A DNA stretch of 11,621 bases from Candidatus Hodarchaeota archaeon (GTDB lineage Archaea > Asgardarchaeota > Heimdallarchaeia > Hodarchaeales > Hodarchaeaceae). The notes under the pieces were generated by a model. It was not told the origin of the DNA and did not search any database. It saw only the letters and a program-made list of their open reading frames with translations. Positions 7,785 through 11,621 of this stretch are shown here, piece after piece. A program made the position numbers and the translations under genes. Within the stretch, counting starts at the first letter, position 1. Every line of letters starts with the position of its first letter. Where the stretch lies: the NCBI GenBank assembly GCA_029856365.1, contig JAHQWW010000123.1, forward strand, positions 1 through 11,621, written 5' to 3'.

Positions 7785-8723
7785 ATGGTAACAACAGCAA
7801 TAGAAACTGTTAATCTCGCTAAAATTTTTCCAGGAGGAGTACAAGCGCTAAATTCTTTGGATCTTAACATTCGTACAGGGGAATCAGTTGGTTATTTAGG
7901 CCCAAATGGGGCTGGAAAAACCACTACGATCCAAATCTTCTTGAACTTGCTTCGTCCTTCAAGTGGAGACGTCTTTATATTTTCGGAACAATTAAAGGGG
8001 CAAGAACGGAAAATTATGCGAAGAATAGGTGCGCTTATTGAACTTCCAGGATTTTATGATAATCTTACTCCGAATCAACTTTTACGACACATTTGCCGCC
8101 TCTATCGAATGGAACAAGGGGTAATGAATCAATCTATCAAAGAAATATTGGATCTAGTCCAATTAACAGAAGTTAGGGATAGATCGATTGGTACATTTAG
8201 CACAGGTATGCGTCGTCGTCTAGGAATAGCTCAAGTTTTAGTTCATGATCCAGAACTTGTCATTTTCGATGAACCAACTAATGGTTTAGACCCAAAGGGG
8301 ATACGAGAGATACGAGATTTAATAAAAACATTAAACAAGGATGGTAAAACAGTATTTATGTGTTCACATAATCTTCCTGAAGTTGCTGAAATAAGTAACA
8401 GGGTAATATTCCTTAAAAATGGAAACGTAATTGAGGATAGGCAGATGAGAGAGTTTAAGAGCCGCTTAAGCTCCAATATAATTGAACTGAAATTTATTAG
8501 ATCTTTAACCGAGAAAGAAAAGAAAAACTTAAACTCAATTACTAATGTTCTCAATGTTGTATATGATCACAGTATCTTCATTGAATATCAAGGTAGTCTT
8601 GACACTACTCATCAGATACTCCAGGATCTGCTGAAATACAATTTCCCCCTTTATTATTTTACTCCCCGATTAATGACGCTAGAGGAGCTATATTTACAGC
8701 TATTTGGAAAGGAGGTTATCTAA
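7785..8723 (+). CDS. ABC-2 type exporter ATP-binding protein
   Basis: Walker A GPNGAGKTT, signature FSTGM, Walker B/D-loop VIFDEPTNGLDP, switch His (SHNL) and C-terminal TLEELYL. Confidence 0.95.
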   Translation: MVTTAIETVNLAKIFPGGVQALNSLDLNIRTGESVGYLGPNGAGKTTTIQIFLNLLRPSSGDVFIFSEQLKGQERKIMRRIGALIELPGFYDNLTPNQLLRHICRLYRMEQGVMNQSIKEILDLVQLTEVRDRSIGTFSTGMRRRLGIAQVLVHDPELVIFDEPTNGLDPKGIREIRDLIKTLNKDGKTVFMCSHNLPEVAEISNRVIFLKNGNVIEDRQMREFKSRLSSNIIELKFIRSLTEKEKKNLNSITNVLNVVYDHSIFIEYQGSLDTTHQILQDLLKYNFPLYYFTPRLMTLEELYLQLFGKEVI

Positions 8724-9529
8724 TGACTATTCTAAATGAATGGAAACAAGATTATTATGATGTATGGTTGAATATTCGATTTGAATTCCTTAAAAATTGG
8801 AAATCAAAACGTAGCTTGGTAGCTGCGGGTATTTCTGTTACACTTTCCTCCCTATTTTACCTAGTTCCATTATTAACTGGGAGTGATTTTCCTACCGAGG
8901 CAAATGAGTTCTTAGCGACAAGTACGGGACTTATAAATTATATTTTGTTATTAAATGCTATCTTTTTCGGAGCTGATGCTATTAATGGGGAACACCATAA
9001 AAAAACAACCCTTCTAATTTATCCATTACCCCAACGACGATCTGTAATTCTATTTGGAAAATTCATAATGCAATTACTCACCTCTTGGGGTGTGATCCTT
9101 ATATATTATTTGATCACTGGTACGGAGACTGTTCTTATTTATGACGTTAATGCTTTAACTGTTGATATGTTAAAATCCATTTTGTTTTCTTTCTTATATA
9201 TGGGGGCATTATTATCAATTACTTTTTTCTTAAGTGCCTTGATAAGAAATCCTGCAATAAGTATGGCATTAACATTCTTTTTCTTTTTCTTACTTTTCCC
9301 AACCCTTAATACACTACTACTTATGATAGATTTCGATAGTTCTTGGATTTTAACCAATTATTCTGCTTTCATCATTAAATTATTTCGGTTTCCTTCGGAT
9401 ATATTTGGCCCACGTCATCTTCGTTCTCCTGATGATATTGATTTCTATTTAGGAATTAGAATCTGCCTCATCTACACTATCATCTCTTTTGCTGGTGCCT
9501 GGTTATTTACATCACGTAAGGAGATATAA
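8723..9529 (+). CDS. ABC-2 type exporter permease
   Basis: About six hydrophobic segments and an E...T..L...P..R..I..GK motif. TAATG overlap with the ATPase and a GGAGG RBS. Confidence 0.92.
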   Translation: MTILNEWKQDYYDVWLNIRFEFLKNWKSKRSLVAAGISVTLSSLFYLVPLLTGSDFPTEANEFLATSTGLINYILLLNAIFFGADAINGEHHKKTTLLIYPLPQRRSVILFGKFIMQLLTSWGVILIYYLITGTETVLIYDVNALTVDMLKSILFSFLYMGALLSITFFLSALIRNPAISMALTFFFFFLLFPTLNTLLLMIDFDSSWILTNYSAFIIKLFRFPSDIFGPRHLRSPDDIDFYLGIRICLIYTIISFAGAWLFTSRKEI

Positions 9530-9532
9530 AAA

Positions 9533-10234
9533 ATGAAAATTGAGAAAAAAACTAGAGAATGTCGATTGAGTTTATATATATTAATTCTAAGTGTAACACT
9601 TTTATTATTGGTTCCCTTTGTTGTTGTGAAAGGATCAATCGATACTGAATCATATTGTCAGACTTGTTTTCATTCTAGTTTATCTCACCTTTCACAAAAT
9701 AACTATATAAGTCCAGCAGTTAGAATTCGGGAAATCATCTTCCCTGACCAACAGCTTGAAGAGGGAAAACTCATTAATCTCACAGTAATTATTGAGAACA
9801 AAGATGATATGTCATTATCTGGTTTTCGACTTATTATCGTTCTTACGGAAATTACAGATGCACGTGGTGAAGAACCAGTTAATAAGACTATAAACAAGTC
9901 TTTAGATATGATTCCTGCAGTCTCAAATGTCACAGATCATATTTCATTTACCAATGAATTTGGAGAATATATTTTAACAGCATGTTTAGCATATGGAGAT
10001 ACAATAGTACCTAAGAGTTCGTGTTCCACTCAAGTTCATATATTAAGCCCCCCTATTGGTGATGTAACGACATTATTATTTGCTTTAGGAGGAATTCTCG
10101 CTTTCATACTTTTTGCCGTTCTAGTACCTGGAATCATTGATCAATTTCGATTTTTATCAAGGAAAAAGCCTCTTAAAGATAGATGGAGAATGATCAAGGG
10201 CTTTCTGAAAAAGGGACAAAAAATGGTGATATAA
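9533..10234 (+). CDS. Exported membrane-anchored protein with Ig/CARDB-like domain
   Basis: N-terminal signal/TM segment, beta-rich core (EEGKLINLTVIIEN...GEYILTA), C-terminal TM helix and basic tail; 3 nt after the permease. Confidence 0.7.
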   Translation: MKIEKKTRECRLSLYILILSVTLLLLVPFVVVKGSIDTESYCQTCFHSSLSHLSQNNYISPAVRIREIIFPDQQLEEGKLINLTVIIENKDDMSLSGFRLIIVLTEITDARGEEPVNKTINKSLDMIPAVSNVTDHISFTNEFGEYILTACLAYGDTIVPKSSCSTQVHILSPPIGDVTTLLFALGGILAFILFAVLVPGIIDQFRFLSRKKPLKDRWRMIKGFLKKGQKMVI

Positions 10235-10774
10235 ATGAGTAGTAAAGTAGGCCCAAATTGGGCATTTAAGATCATGGCGTTTATTCATGATAATGCTCTC
10301 AGAAGAAGGTTTTCTGACCCCTACCAAACACTAGAAAATGCAGGACTCAGATCAGGACAGAAAGTGTTGGAAGTGGGATGTGGACCTGGATTTTTTACAA
10401 TACCAGCTGCACGAATTGTGACTGAAACAGGAAAAGTGTATGCGTTAGACGTTCATCCTCTAGCCATTGAAAGAGTTCAAACAAAGATCAAAACAGAAAA
10501 AATAACTAATATTGAACCTATTTTAGCAAACATCACCAATACAGGATTTCCTGAAGAGAGTCTTGATCTAGCTTTTCTCTTTGGAGTCCCAAGAATAATT
10601 CGTAATAATTCACTTTTCAATGAAACACTGATTGAATTATATCGAATTTTACGTCCAAATGGAATAATATCTATCAAATCCTCCCAAAAAAACATTATTG
10701 AGAAAGTTGAAAAATTAAAATACACGTATTTAAGAAATAACGAAGGAATACTTCTGTTTTCAAAGATAACCTAA
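10235..10774 (+). CDS. Class I SAM-dependent methyltransferase
   Basis: Motifs VLEVGCGPG, VYALDV, SLDLAF and ELYRILRPNG. Confidence 0.92.
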   Translation: MSSKVGPNWAFKIMAFIHDNALRRRFSDPYQTLENAGLRSGQKVLEVGCGPGFFTIPAARIVTETGKVYALDVHPLAIERVQTKIKTEKITNIEPILANITNTGFPEESLDLAFLFGVPRIIRNNSLFNETLIELYRILRPNGIISIKSSQKNIIEKVEKLKYTYLRNNEGILLFSKIT

Positions 10775-10907
10775 TATTTCAGCGATAAATACAATTCTAT
10801 GAAGAAACAGTGGTTATTGTATATTCACTAGTTGTCAGTGATCATTGGATAATTATCATTTTGAATTATTGAAAAGATGTTAATTTATCAGGTGGAAAGA
10901 GGGGGTG

Positions 10908-11131
10908 ATGAATAAAAAATTTCTGTGGTTTATGTTAATAACTATTATTTCTTTTAGAAGCTGCTCTCATAGCACGAGCTTTAAAATCTTGATTCCAACA
11001 CCTTTACATCTGTTTATACAACTAAAACTCAAAGTACAGTAATGAATACAATTATGAAGTTTATTTTTATCCTAGTATATCAACTTGATCAAAAGAATTA
11101 TCCAACAATATCAATTGAACCTATATATTGA
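10908..11131 (+). pseudogene. Possible decayed secreted-protein gene or two coupled small ORFs
   Basis: GAGGGGGTG precedes ATG 10908; MNKKFLWFMLI... is signal-peptide-like. A 44-aa ORF (10908-11042) overlaps a 29-aa ORF (11042-11131) by TAATG. Confidence 0.25.
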
Positions 11132-11328
11132 TTTGTTTAGTCCTTAATCGTAATTTGCTCCTCTTGTTGGCTATCAATAATATCTAGAAGCAGATTGTGC
11201 CAAAGGCGGGTCTATTTTCAGGGGGATTCCACATCGTGTTTCACTTGTTGCCTTTAAGGAAATGTGTCGCTTTGACTCCGGAATCGACTCTTTCTGTTTC
11301 TAATCCCCTTCAGATTCAATTGTGAATT

Positions 11329-11399
11329 TGTATCTCCTCCTCACCTACAGAAAATTAATAGGTATAAAGGGAACATACCAACACAGGAGGTGATATACA
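11329..11399. repeat. Imperfect inverted repeat / possible 3' stem-loop
   Basis: TGTATCTCCTCCT (11329-11341) pairs with AGGAGGTGATATACA (11385-11399), with an inner GGTAT/ATACC stem; begins 4 nt past the stop of the minus-strand gene. Confidence 0.35.
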
Positions 11400-11403
11400 C
11401 GAA

Positions 11404-11621
11404 CTACACGCTCTTCCGTCTCCTAAGTAACATGAGGGTGATTACTCCTAGCAGGACGAGGGGAGAACCAATGAACGCTATTTGGGACGATTGGGGAGGA
11501 GGTAAGGTGTCCGAGTGCAGTTTTCCCCCAAGCTTCATTACTAAGTAATCGTAATTAAAGTCTTCTAGCAGATTGGTGGTTCCAATCAACACAAGGCCCC
11601 CATCCGAGGTTTTCACGAGCG
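11404..11621 (-). CDS. C-terminus of a membrane-anchored surface protein with beta-propeller-like repeats (partial, starts outside window)
   Basis: ALVKTSDGGLVLIGTT...DYLVMKL repeat unit, Pro/Ser linker, TM helix and RRRK tail. Confidence 0.75.
   Translation of the reverse strand, partial: LVKTSDGGLVLIGTTNLLEDFNYDYLVMKLGGKLHSDTLPPPQSSQIAFIGSPLVLLGVITLMLLRRRKSV

Noticed and set aside
9656-9673. CQTCFH as a heme c attachment site
   Set aside because: Spacing is CxxCxH, not CxxCH, and there is no cytochrome context.
1968-10725. Antisense or overlapping ORFs (1968-2261, 2986-3216, 3453-3668, 3603-3815, 4897-5091, 5254-5448, 5601-5792, 5690-6001, 7685-7870, 8243-8554, 9139-9357, 9703-9933, 10477-10725)
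   Set aside because: They overlap well-supported genes and show shadow-frame composition without motifs.
630-11347. Near-identical ~17-mer TATCTCCTCC(T)TCAC at 630-644 and 11331-11344
   Set aside because: Low-complexity SD-like sequence; one copy encodes SEGGD; likely coincidence.
10775-11403. CRISPR array, tRNA or SECIS in the long intergenic region
   Set aside because: No regularly spaced direct repeats, no cloverleaf or T-loop motifs, and no in-frame TGA selenoprotein candidate nearby.

Overview
AT-rich window that looks archaeal: it has TATA-like promoter elements, a PGF-CTERM sorting signal and an LPPSA-type archaeal HTH protein. The gene content is reminiscent of Asgard/Heimdallarchaeia, but that is inference only. 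Intact genes on the minus strand are an APH-family phosphotransferase, a DinB-family protein, an alpha/alpha-toroid prenyltransferase-like protein, a TatD-family hydrolase and a TetR regulator. A divergent plus-strand operon encodes a small winged-HTH protein, an ABC-2 ATPase and permease, a membrane-anchored Ig/CARDB-like protein and a SAM methyltransferase. The most distinctive signal is heavy gene decay. There are three stacked remnants at 535-1624: a ferredoxin 3' end, a PGF-CTERM surface protein split at a T8 run, and a C45 peptidase with a stop, a frameshift and a truncation. There is also an internally deleted MFS transporter and probable debris at 10.9-11.3 kb. Several operator-like inverted repeats are present. 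I found no CRISPR array, tRNA/rRNA or transposase, and I cannot support a clearly novel multi-gene system from the sequence alone.
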